Part shown: positions 37,846-49,596 of the stretch, piece by piece | Layout of the letters: each line of letters starts with the position of its first letter | Numbering within the stretch: position 1 is the stretch's first letter | Origin: Octopus bimaculoides | Lineage: Eukaryota | Length of the DNA stretch: 61,177 bases | Reading direction: 5' to 3' | NCBI RefSeq assembly: GCF_001194135.2 | Contig: NC_068982.1 | Span: 91,527,652-91,588,828, forward strand | Program-made: the position numbers and the translations under genes | Notes under the pieces: generated by a model | Seen by the model: only the letters and a program-made list of their open reading frames with translations | Told to the model about the DNA's origin: nothing | Databases searched by the model: none

Positions 37846-38368
37846 GCCTTGAAACAGTATCAGGCAGTGGCTCTCATGCCTTCTAGTTTTAACTGATTGG
37901 AAGTGTTATCATGTACATGTTTTGTCTTGGTATAAAAGATGAGCTACAGCAAATATTCTGCTCATCATCACAGAATTGCCTCTCAATTGTCTGACCATAA
38001 CCAGTTGAGCATATCTCTTAGTGGCTGACGATATATGTATCTCTAATCACGAGCAGAAGTAGCAGGGGGAGCATCGTAGCAATGTGTCAAGAGGAATTCT
38101 TTGGGGTTTGAATAATTCTTTTCTGGGAACATGAGTGTTTCGTTCATCATCCTTAAACAAATATTATTCAGGGACCGTTTGAGCGGGATGGGCTACTCAA
38201 CCAGAAGAAAATTCCAACTGGGCCCGACATGCAAGGTCATGCGTTATTTATCTTGACAGAATGCAGACTCAGAGCAAATATCGCAGAATATTTTTTCCGA
38301 CGTTCTAACGATTCTGCCAACTCACAGTCCAAACAACAACAACAACAAGAAATATTCGTTTGACCTAC

Positions 38369-39256
38369 CTTTACGACAAACAAAATCTCCCGGGCTAAAC
38401 ACTTGAAGACGAAGTTTCAGTACCAGCTCATGAAGAAGGCCAGGTTCACAATCTTGAAATATTCGAACTTTTCGCAAAGTTTCCAAATGGACTTGCATAG
38501 CGATCTCAGTTTGAAGGTTGTGTGGAAGGCATTGTAAGGATAGATTTTCGTCTATGATCTGGCGCTTTTCCCATGTGTAGTCAAACCACTTCAACACTCG
38601 TGTCTGCAGTTCGATGTCGACCTGGCGGTTTTGCATGTAGCGTTTGACACCGTCTAAACGTGAGCGGAAGTTATCTTTGACTAAGTTGGAATTGTTGATC
38701 ATGGCACCCACGTTACCAAATATAGAAGCGAATATGAGCACTCCGAACATAAAAGCTATGATAACATAGATATAGGAAATAGTTTTCACTGGTGGCTCTG
38801 TCTCACCGATCGTGGTTAATGTTTGCATTGACCACCACAAAGGCATGATGTATTGATGTCGCATAGATAAATACAGATGTTCTTTTGGTAATACAGCGAA
38901 GTTTATCACTTCATTTGGATAGACCCAGTGATCAGTACCGAGACCAATCCATGCGCTGATGGCATAGTAAATGCAAGCATTCCAGTGAATAAGAAGTGCT
39001 ACGTAGACGATAAGGTGAATAATGCGGATCAAATTTGGAAATGAAGTACGTGTTTCCAGAATATCAAAAAATTGTCTCATACGATAAAGTCGTATCAAGC
39101 GGTTGAGACGAATCATTGTGGCACTAGAACCAAGAACAATATAAAAGAGATCTGTTGGCAGAATACTGATTACATCTATTCTGAAATATTTCGAATGTAT
39201 GTAATACCGGAGCAGCTTTTTAACATCATAGATGACTAAACCATTTTCGATGTAAC
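38369..39256 (-). CDS. CNGA: CNG channel alpha subunit exon (S3-S6, pore, C-linker, CNBD start)
   Basis: ttttctag acceptor, gtaggt donor, phase 1 to phase 1; GYIENGL...ILPTDLFY...IRLNRLIR...HWNACIYY...TLTTIGETEPP...KWFDY...VRIFQDCEPGLL. Confidence 0.97.
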
Positions 39257-40309
39257 CTAGAAAACAAAATTTCAGATTGAAAGAAGAAAAATAAGGCTTC
39301 GATTTTCAGTATTAATGTATGATGAAGATGTCTATAAAGGTACAATATTCTAAGCAAGACAATATGTACTTGACTCGTATGTATTCTATCATTCTATCAA
39401 TAATGGAAGGACAATAGGCTTTATCATTTTGACGAGACCGGTATTTTGTATGATTTTGTCTCTATCTCTTCTATACTACCCCTTTAATTCAATTTAAGTG
39501 AACCTGATAATGTGTTAGGTTTGCTTTGCCTCTAACCTCCAATCCTTTGATGGAATCGTAGGGTCACCGCCGAGACATAGAACGGATTTTGGCTATTTTG
39601 CTAGATCTGGTGGAAGGAGCCCATCCTTCCCTGATTTCTTCCAGAAGAGAGTAAGATGGACAGACACACAAATAGACAAAAAGAAAGAAAGAGTGAGAGA
39701 AAAAGAAGAATCGACCCAGGTACACTTTATTTATCGATTCGGGAAGGATAAAAGGCAACTTTGACCTCAGCAGGATTTCAATTCAGAGTGGAGGAACCTG
39801 ACAATCACTACAAAGCAATCTGTCCGTCGTTCTAACGATACTTCCTATTGGCTACCTTATGTTAGCTTAACTTTACCCTACAAACGTATATACAGTCTTT
39901 AACAAGACTGTGTATATATACAGGCATTCTTGCCTGGACACGGAACTTTATAAAGTAAAATCTATTTTACCATTGACTTGTATGTAACATGAAAGTCAAT
40001 TGATAGTGTTCCTATTAAAAGCTAAGTTGGACTAGTTTTTTTAATGGTTATCTTTTTTTACTGATCCGTATTGTTTTGTTTTGTATGTATTCCAATTTAT
40101 GTTAGCCCCACTTTCTTTAGTGCACCCTTGTAATAATGTACAATGCGATTAAATATTTATTTGTTGGACAATTTATTGGATATATTTCTGTTAATGTCGT
40201 TGATTATGTCTTTATGACTGTACGTGGATTCTTTCATTCTCATCCGTTTTGCTGGGTTTAGTCACAGGGCTGCGGTCATACTATATTACGGGGAACTAGA
40301 CCACCCATT

Positions 40310-40695
40310 TTGTTGTTGGCACTCCGTCGCTTACGACGTCGAGGGTTCCAGTTGATCCGATCAACAGAACAGCCTGCCCGTGAAATTAACGTGCAAGTGG
40401 CTGAGCACTCCACAGACACGTGTACTCTTAACGTAGTTCTCGGGGATATTCAGCGTGACACAGTGTGACAAGGCTAACCCTTTGAATTACAAGCACAACA
40501 GAAACAGGAAGTAAGAGTGAGAGAAAGTTGTGGTGAAAGAGTACAGCAGGGTTCGCCACCATCCCCTGCCGGAGCCTCGTGGAACTTTAGGTGTTTTCGC
40601 TCAATAAACACTCACAACGCCCGTTCTTGGAATCGAAACCGCGATCCTACGACCACGAGTCCGCTGCTCTAACCACTGGGCCATTGCGCCTCTAC
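40310..40695 (-). mobile_element. Young tRNA-derived SINE with 12-bp TSD (also 52198-52528 and 58762-58988)
   Basis: TSD agaccacccatt at 40298-40309 and 40696-40707; minus-strand head with A box tggcccagtgg and B box ggtttcgattcc; the three copies are highly similar. Confidence 0.92.
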
Positions 40696-41254
40696 AGACC
40701 ACCCATTATCAAGCAGTAAAAGACAGACGCGCGTGCATACACACATACATACACACATGGGAGATTATGATCTCAGCATTGCAGACACACGAAATACCAA
40801 ATACTTAGACTACATTCGAAAGGTGGCCGAGTGAAAAAACACTACTCTCAGTGACTTGCTTTTGCACAGTTTTCGTCCTCTAAATTCACTCACAAGTCAC
40901 AAGTCGGCTGGGGCTATAATGGAAGACATTGGCCCAAGGAACTGATGGTTATGATTTCTATTGATGTAGAAAAGTCCTTCGTTTGGCTCGCTATCGGAAT
41001 GACAATTACCTGTTGTTAGAATTAGTATGATATTTTAGAAGTTCACAATGCTTAGATTAGTTTTGACAGTTTTTTTTAGATTGAATTTTCTAAACCTTAC
41101 ATTAAGTTGTCTAGATTTTGGACGTTCACTCGACAGGAGGTTACAAACCATTGTCTCTATACATCCATATCTCTGTGCAAGTATGTATGTGAGTAAGCAC
41201 GCGCGCAGAGAGAGAGAGGGGAGAGAGAGAGAGAGAGAGAGAAAGAGATAGATA

Positions 41255-41330
<76 letters not shown>

Positions 41331-42223
41331 CGTTTTTCAAGTGAACTGAGTGAGTTAGAGAAATTAAGCTTCACTGTTCCAGAATAAGGAACGTCTCCAG
41401 GCGCTCAGTTGAGAGGAATCCAAATCATACTGGGACATCAGACAAATTCGTTATTTCTTTAGCATCTTTTTTCATCATTTATTGTTATTTGAATTGACAC
41501 GGAAAAATTTTTTATCGTCGTGTTTTATGGTATTTTGTAGCTATATTCTTCTTCAACTTTTGCTTATTGTTTTTTAAAATTTGAATAAATTTAACTTCTT
41601 TTCAAACGTATGATGGAGTGCTAAGTGGGAAAAAAAGGAGGAATTTATATGAAACACCAATAAACACTTAGAGTCACTTGCCATTTTTAGACTTTATTTT
41701 TATGTTCTTTGTATCAATAGTCAGACTTAGATTTAAAATATGTGGAAATATATTCAGTGATTAAATTATAGTTTAATCATCAGTTGCAAATCTTGGAGAG
41801 TTACAACTTCGATAAATTTCTAAATCCATGTTGAATCCACTTCACTCCATAACTAACGAATCCATCATTTCAGTTCCCACAAAATTTTTTGGATTCATAT
41901 CCTTCTATTAACTTCTTATTTTTACGATTGCAGCAGATCACACAATCTTTAGTTACATTTCACATATACGTGCTTGACGTCTGCTAGCACCTTACTATTG
42001 CACTGAATTAGATGTAGCAGTCAAATTTTCTTAAAACCACGCCTACAGACTAAGAAAAGGATACATTTAATAAAGAAAGTCTGCACAGGCTGCATAAAAA
42101 AATTGACAGAATGACCATGTTTAAAATTTCCTTGATCATAGGCCTACTTAATCAAAGCTGATCTGCATTCAAGCAAAAATAATTTAAATGTCAAAATTTA
42201 AGAATGAGAAAACTGCTATTTAC

Positions 42224-42488
42224 CAATTCTCGATGACACAAACATATCGAACAAGTAGACCGCATCACTCGTATAATCAATGCTGAACCAAGTTGTCATG
42301 TAAGCCATATGAAACCTATAGTAAGTTTGTCTGATCACTATAAATATACAGTTGTAGAGAAAGAATATTGAAACGATTGTCGACCAAATTCGGTAGAAAA
42401 TCAATGTGTGGTCAATCACCAATTCTTTCCAAAATCTGGAACGATGTAGAAAGCAAAATTTAGCTTGAGTACCGAATCTAGTTAAGGT
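42224..42488 (-). CDS. CNGA: CNG channel alpha subunit exon (pre-S1, S1, S2); acceptor either before 42488 or before 42477
   Basis: RFWKELVIDHTLIFYRIWSTIV...YNCIFIVIR...WFSIDYTSDAVYLFDMFVSSRIG; the gtaaat donor at phase 1 joins 39256 in frame. Confidence 0.9.
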
Positions 42489-43259
42489 CTATCTAAGATA
42501 TAATACAAATATCAATTATTTATAGATTTTCAAGTGTTGATTAAAATTCAATTTAACCTACAAATAGGTTACGTTTCGTGATCCACCGGATCGTTACGAT
42601 ATTATAAAAATTTCATCTCTCTGTGGAGGTCGTATATGGTGTTTCCCGTTTTCCACACCAGGACTGTGGGAAATTGTAATCTCAGCATTGCAGACACACG
42701 AAATACCAAATACTTAAAAGGCGGTTGAGTGAAAAAAACACTAGACTCAATGACTTGCTTTCACCCTTTCGGGATGGATAAAATGAAGTAACACTCAAGT
42801 ACTGGAGTTGATATAATCGAATGTTCTTTTCCTCAAATTCAAGGCCTTGTACTTGCATAAGAAATCAATATTTGATTTAATTCCTCTAAGTTCTGAATCC
42901 ATATTCTGCCTGAACTGACTTTGCCGTTTTATCGTTCCGGAATTGATATAAGCTAGATACCTACTATGTACTAGCATACTTTAATCGATTATACACCTCC
43001 CACACTAATTGTGTTGTCTTGTGTCACTAATTTACAAAGCTAGGTAGGATCATTAACGAAATGAAATGTCTCCGGCAGAGTTGTATCGGTAACAGAAAAG
43101 AAATTAGTCACTTTTCGACAACTTCATCTGCAGCCTAAAGCTAGTGGACCCTCAAATTAATATAAACAATTGTTACATTGAGATATTTAGTTTCCATTTA
43201 AATAAAACACTGTTACTATTATATTTAGCTTCAATTTAGAAACCGTTCATCAGTATGTA

Positions 43260-44532
43260 TTCGGTTGGCAACTAAGTTCCCGCGGTTTTTTTAAATTTTG
43301 GAATCTATTTTTTTCGAGAATTCTATTTTTGAATCATTTTGGAATTTATCTTGTTTTGTTTTTTTCTAGTTAATTTTAGTTAATTTTTGTTTATTTTCAG
43401 ATCATTAAAATGGAATGTCAAGAAAAACGAGCATTTTCGACACCTCCTTCATTTTGCTTTTAACTAAGGTCCTAAGGCCGCAAAAGCTGCTCGCGACATT
43501 TGTGCTGTGTATGGAGAGGGTACCATAGCTGAAAGAACCGCTCGAGATTGGTATGCCAAGTTCAAGAATAGAAATTTTGATCTCAAAGTCGCACCTTGTT
43601 CTGGCCGTCCAGTTGAGTTCGATGAAGAGCGACTAAACCAACTTTTGCACGAAAATTCTCGTCAAATGACAAGGGAACTGGTAGAGAAAATGGAATGCTC
43701 CCACACTGCTATAGAGAAGCATCTTCACTTGATGGGAAAGGTTCAGAAGTATGGAGCATGGTTCCGCATGCTTTAAGTGACAACAACAAAAATCAACGAG
43801 TCACAATCTCCGCCGGTTTGCTTGCTCGTCACCGCTCAACTCATGGACATAAGCAACGATTTCTTTACAGAATCAGAATCGTTACTAGCGACGAAAACTG
43901 GTGCCTGTACATCAATATGAAGCAGCGTAAGGAATGGCTTAGCCCCGGTAAACAAGCGACACTGCGCGTGAAATAAGATCTTCATCCGCGAAAAACGATG
44001 TTGTGCGTATAGTGGGACTGAGAAGGGATTATCCATTACGAATTGCTTGAACGGAACCAAACAGTCAACGCGGAACTATGTTCAACAGATGGAACGACTC
44101 AACACGGCTATTCAAGAGAAAAGACCTAATCGGCAGCATGGAGTTCTTCTGCTGCACGACAACGCCTGCCCTCTTATCGCCAATATGACTAAGGAACCAT
44201 TCAAACGCATGGATGGGAAGTGCTGCCACACCCGCCGTACTCTCCTGATTTGGCACCAACGAATTTCCACCTTTTCCGATCTCTTTCAAATGCTATGCGT
44301 GGAGTTTCTTTCAATACTGATGCGGAACTGAGAGCTTGGTCGGATCAATTTTTCAAGTCGAGATCGGGTGATTTCTACCAACGAGGTATTAAAATTCTTG
44401 TTGAACGTTGGGAAGAAGTTGTAAACAACAAGGGTGAATACATTATTGATTTATTAGTTGTTATTTTTTTTTATTAAACCTTTAAAAAAATTAGAATTTT
44501 AAAAAATGGCTGGAACTTAGTTCCCAACCCAA
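43260..44532 (+). mobile_element. Full-length but inactive mariner (DD34D-type) element in a CNG intron
   Basis: TA|ttcggttggcaactaagttcc...ggaacttagttcccaacccaa|TA, about 1.27 kb. Remnants WYAKFKNRNFDL...SGRP, W-VPHAL, IVTSDENW, HDNACP and YSPDLAPTNFHLF; frameshifts and stops. Confidence 0.95.
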
Positions 44533-46382
44533 TACTTATAAAGTAGTTGTTTGGCCAGAGTCTATTTGGGGCTGTGATTTCAATGTAGAACTATGTGTCA
44601 TGGCCTTACACCAGACGGTAATGTGTGATTGAAAAGTATTTGGTTACTATTTCTTGCAGGCAGAGTGACCTGCAGAAGCACTAGAATTATTAATCGACTT
44701 AATCCCTTTGTCTGTCCTTGTTTGTCCCCTCTATGTTTAGCCCCCTGTGGGCAATAAAGAAATAAGAAACGTTAGCACGCTGGGCGAAATGCTTAGCAGT
44801 ATTTCATCTGTCTTTACGTTCTGAGTTCAAATTCCGCCGAGGTTAACTTTGCCTTCCATCCTTTCGTTGCGTACTGGGGTCGATCTAATCGACTGGCCCC
44901 CTCCCCAAAAAATTTCGGGCCTTGTGCTTAGAGTAGAAAAAAATATTGTATAATTAATGTAAATTTTGAAAATAGTGTTGAATTCTCAGCGACCGGTTTC
45001 ATTTCATGTTGAATGTTTTCATTTCATTTATTTCTCTTATATATAATACAACTCCTGGCAGCAGTGAATAGTGTGGAGAGAGAGATGTGCTCTCTTAAGG
45101 TGGCTTTATCTCGACATGGAGACAACGTCCTGTTATGGTTAACTAACTTCTCATCGAGATTTTCAGACACTATTTACTCGTGAATTTGCCGTTGAGTTAA
45201 AATTCTCCAATAAGTATCTCTTGAAGATATCGATATGTATCATCAAGATGACTTATTCTAGATACAACCCTATATGATATTAACAAGTTAGGGCACTCAC
45301 TCACGTTAAGGTTGAATTATTTATATAGATATTTGAAGAAACTAAGTCATCAACATCAACTCTATTAACGAAATGTGATGCAATTAACAACCACAATTTA
45401 GGAGGAATTCAAATCTCTTTCACAGAATTTCGACTAAACAGTGTTAGCCAATAGTCCACCATTATGCCCAAGAGTTTTCATATTTACTCATCACGTCGAC
45501 TTAATTCATATTTTAAGACACTTGTCGCAACGGCCGTGCAAATATAATTATTGTCTTACTTTGCTTTTTTTCCCTCCTCATCAGTTAATTAGATTTTAGT
45601 AACATAGAATACAGATGTATGCCCCAGGTAATCTGAAGCCTCTTGGAAAATGCGCGAGTTTGTCGAAAGGTACGAGTTTGTCGAAAGGCACGAACGTGTT
45701 TTTCAAAACTCGAATTCTGAATTTAGATCGCTGAACTGCTCTAATTTTCTCGCTTAGGGATTTCTTGTGTCTAGTTCAAATCTCACAACAATTGATTTTT
45801 GAATTCGTCCAGCTCAAAATTAAAGCGATGATTACAGAACTTACATATCACTTCGCGGACAGAATACTAGATTTTCATAGGTAACATCTCCAAGGAAACC
45901 AAATGCTTACTTCTGGCAGATAAATGAAGTTATACGTTTTAAAATTGAAGTCTTTGACTGGAATCAGAGGGAAACAATCAATGAGGACATGAACAGATAG
46001 TTAAGTTAGCAGTTAACAATATTATTCACTTGTTTTTTTTTTTCTGAGAAAGCAATGAACAGCACAACACTTTACTTCCTTTTCTTGTTGATTGTGATAT
46101 TTAAATCTCAAATCTGTCTTGCAACGTCAGCCCTATGTAACTTGCTGCATCGCTTTCAAAATCTACTGAGAATTAATGATATATATGACAGGCTCAATCA
46201 GTTTTACTTAAACTGAATATATACACTTCATGAAGATGACATATTATAGTGGTGCTCTTACTACTCGATGATCTGAAGGGCCCCAGAAATAATTTATTCA
46301 TTTTATGACCTGAAACACAAAAAAAATACCTACAGGGAACATCAAAAGTTTTGTGAAAATGATTGGCTAAATCAGTACTTAC

Positions 46383-46489
46383 GTGGCGGTGAACAGATCT
46401 ATCAGCTCAAAATTTTCTGTCATTTCATATAGAGCTGTTTGCTTTGGGTCTTCGGTTGGATCAACTTTGATACTTCGACGACGCGTTCT
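46383..46489 (-). CDS. CNGA: Tentative upstream CNG exon (RTRRRSIKVDPTEDPKQTALYEMTENFELIDLFTAT)
   Basis: ttttatcag acceptor, perfect gtaagt donor, open frame. The phase-2 end is in frame only with the 42477 acceptor. No recognisable homology. Confidence 0.45.
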
Positions 46490-47534
46490 CTGATAAAATT
46501 GTGAAAATTGATTACTAGAGCAAATTAGTGATTTTTCATAGTATATAATACAATTATCTCTAAAGTGAGGACACCAAACATGCAAAAACCTCAGCATACT
46601 TAACCTTAACACCACCACCATTATTTAGCTTCTGCAGGGCGGCGAGTTGGCAGAATCGTTAGGCGACTTGGGCAAAATGATTTGCGGTATTTCTTCTAGC
46701 TTCTTTCGGTCCTGGTTCAAATTCCGTCGAGGTCGACGTGACTTTTTTTTATCCTTCGCAACTGGAGTCGATGTAATAGACTTACTTCCTCCATTCAAAT
46801 TTCTGGCCTTATATCGAAAACTGAAAACGTTATTTAGCCTTGTATGTTCTGCGTTCAAGTCTAGCCTAAGACGTAAATTTTATCCTTCATGTATAATAGC
46901 ATATATGCTTATAAAATATATATTACCCAACATTTAAATACAAAATATTGGATGAGGTATAAACAATAATAGGGAAGATTTTGAGAAATTATTAAGATTA
47001 AGCAAAACATTCTTGAAGATGATTAAATAATTTATTCTTTGTCACATTATAAAGCATGAAGATGGGGAGACTTATTTTAAACAATCTCTCGAATTCACCC
47101 CTTACAAATTTGATATTTTGTGCTGCTCAGTTACTGCACCAAGCCGACGACAGAGTCCTTTAATAGTCGCTCGACCCGCTACAAATAACAACCAAATGTT
47201 CCTTGAATTCCTCCTTACTGTCTTAGAAACGGGCACATTGGATAAGTAAGTCTGATGTACATAATACCTGAGAAAAAGATGATCGGTTGAAATGCCCGAA
47301 CATCATATTATGAATTTATTATTAACACAACAGTTTATTTAGTTTGGAGATACTTCACCCTCAGCAAAAACATAAAGCTGAGACTTTTAAAAGTCTAGCT
47401 AATAACATTGTATGTATGTGAAACACTGATCTCCTAAGGGTGGCCAATACTAAACGAAGTAAGGCCGTTCAAGATTATATGCTATAAGTTAGCGATGTTG
47501 ATCAGAGCGATGTTGGGCAATCCGTGGAGCGAGC

Positions 47535-47835
47535 GAATTAGGTCTGGAAGAGGTAGAAATTGAAAGAAAGTCGGTGATGATGGCCACATGTCGAAAACTG
47601 CAACATTTTGGCTATGTTATCAGGATTCTGGACTTCCGTGCTTACATGCTTCGGAAATGAATGAACAGAAAACAAGCTGGCTCGCAGGCGACAATAAAGA
47701 AGACTGAGCAATGACATCAAGGACTGAATGGAGAGGACTCTAGCGGAATGTACAGCTGCAACACAAGACCGCAGTGTGTGAAACAGAGTGGTGATTGTGT
47801 CTGAGGCATCACACAGGCCCTCAGTCACGATGATA
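47535..47835 (+). mobile_element. RTE-clade LINE 3' end
   Basis: RKLQHFGYVIR and GRRQ*RRLSNDIKD*MERTLAECTAATQDRSV resemble the RTE C-terminus (GR.R.RW.DDIKDW...A.DR..W). Confidence 0.7.
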
Positions 47836-49596
47836 AGAAAATTCCATCCTTCACTCAAATTTTTTTTTTAAATTACTTTTTCACAGAAAATATTTGTTTG
47901 AACTTTTTATTTTAAAAAAGTGAACAAAAATCACAGTGAGAGAGCAAAAAGAATTTAATTGGTTAAAATTTCGGCATAAATTGTTTCTTTTACATTCTGA
48001 GTTTTGATCTTACTGGGTCGTCTTTACATTTTATCCTTCGATGGTCGATAAAATAAGTACCAATACAGTAAGAGCTGCAAATGTCATTGACGCTGCAAAT
48101 GTCGTTGACGCTGCTCTCCCACTATGTAATACATTCTACTCCTCTCCCCTCCACTACACGATATATTGTACTTCCCTCCTCCCGACTAAATAAATTCTTT
48201 TATTACTTTCAGTCAACACCCACAGTTTACCCTAAACGGTTAACAACTGTTCCAAAAACATAATAACATGTTTTATAAAGACCACATTAGTAACTGTTCT
48301 TTTAAATCTTAATATGTTATTAGCCACCATACAAATAAAGCAAATTCATGCATGCATGAATTTACTGCTCCTATGTATAGAATCCATAACGTGGTATTTC
48401 CACTTAATTGAAGGATGAAGTTATATGAAAGAGACTAGAATAATGTGTCGGAATATATTTCCGCCAATGTTGCTACAGTGTCGGATAGGATGCTCCACGG
48501 TATTTGTTTTGATTCTCTGCGCTCTGAGTTCAATCGCCTTCAAAGTCAACTTTATCTTTCATCCTTTCGGGGTCAATGAAATAAGTGCCAGATGAGCACT
48601 GGAGTCAACGCAGTCGACTTACCCCCCTAATTGCTGGCCTTGTGCTAAGATTTGAAACCAATATTATTTTTAAATATAGAGCAGCGAGCTGTCAGAATCG
48701 TTACCGCGTCGGGCATAATGCTTAGTGGCATTTCGTCCGTCTGCACGTTCTGAGTTCAAATTCTGCATGACACAGTGTAAGGGGAAGCTAGATATTTGAT
48801 TTACGGGTACAACCTATCTGACGTACTTTCAGATTCCATCTACTCAATTACTTTCACAAAGTATGGATTGACTCGAGGCTTAGAAAGAACAAAATCCGCC
48901 ATGTGGCGATAGAACCAAACCCAGGAATTTATGATTTCGAAGTGAACTTCTTAGCCATTCTTTCCAACTGCATCTAATTCTCGAAGTTGGATTTCATTAA
49001 TTATGAAAATGGAACGAGCTGGTAGAACCGACAGAGCGTCGGTAAAGCTGCATTGTGGTATTTATTCTGACATTTTATGTTCTGAGTTCAAATTCCAGCG
49101 GGATCAACTCTATCTTTTATCATTCCGAGGTCTATACAGTACAGTTACAGCTAAACACTGTATCCCTTAAAAGTGCTGGCCTAATGACAAAGTTAGAAAC
49201 CAAAAATTATGAACATCGAAGACATTCTGGATTGGAAGGTAGGGTTGAACAGTGGACGATATACATACTTCAATACATTTAATTTTCACCAACTACATTT
49301 AAATTCAAACCTCACCAGATTCTATGTTCGACTTCTGGAGTAAATAAAATAAATACAATATGATGGATCTGACGATATATATATANNNNNNNNNNNNNNN
49401 NNNNNNNNNNNNNNNNNNNNNNNNNNNNNNNNNNNNNNNNNNNNNNNNNNNNNNNNNNNNNNNNNNNNNNNNNNNNNNNNNNNNNNNNNNNNNNNNNNNN
49501 NNNNNNNNNNNNNNNNNNNNNNNNNNNNNNNNNNNNNNNNNNNNNNNNNNNNNNNNNNNNNNNNNNNNNNNNNATATATATATATATATATATATA

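Noticed and set aside
40600-40695. tRNA gene
   Set aside because: The A/B boxes belong to the head of a SINE that has a body, tail, TSD and three copies in the window.
45600-45770. Extra CNG exon (HKKSLSEKIRAVQRSKFRIR...) bridging 46383 and 42488
   Set aside because: Poor polypyrimidine tract and only weak phase-0 donors (gttttg, gtgcct, gtacct); the 42477 acceptor makes it unnecessary.
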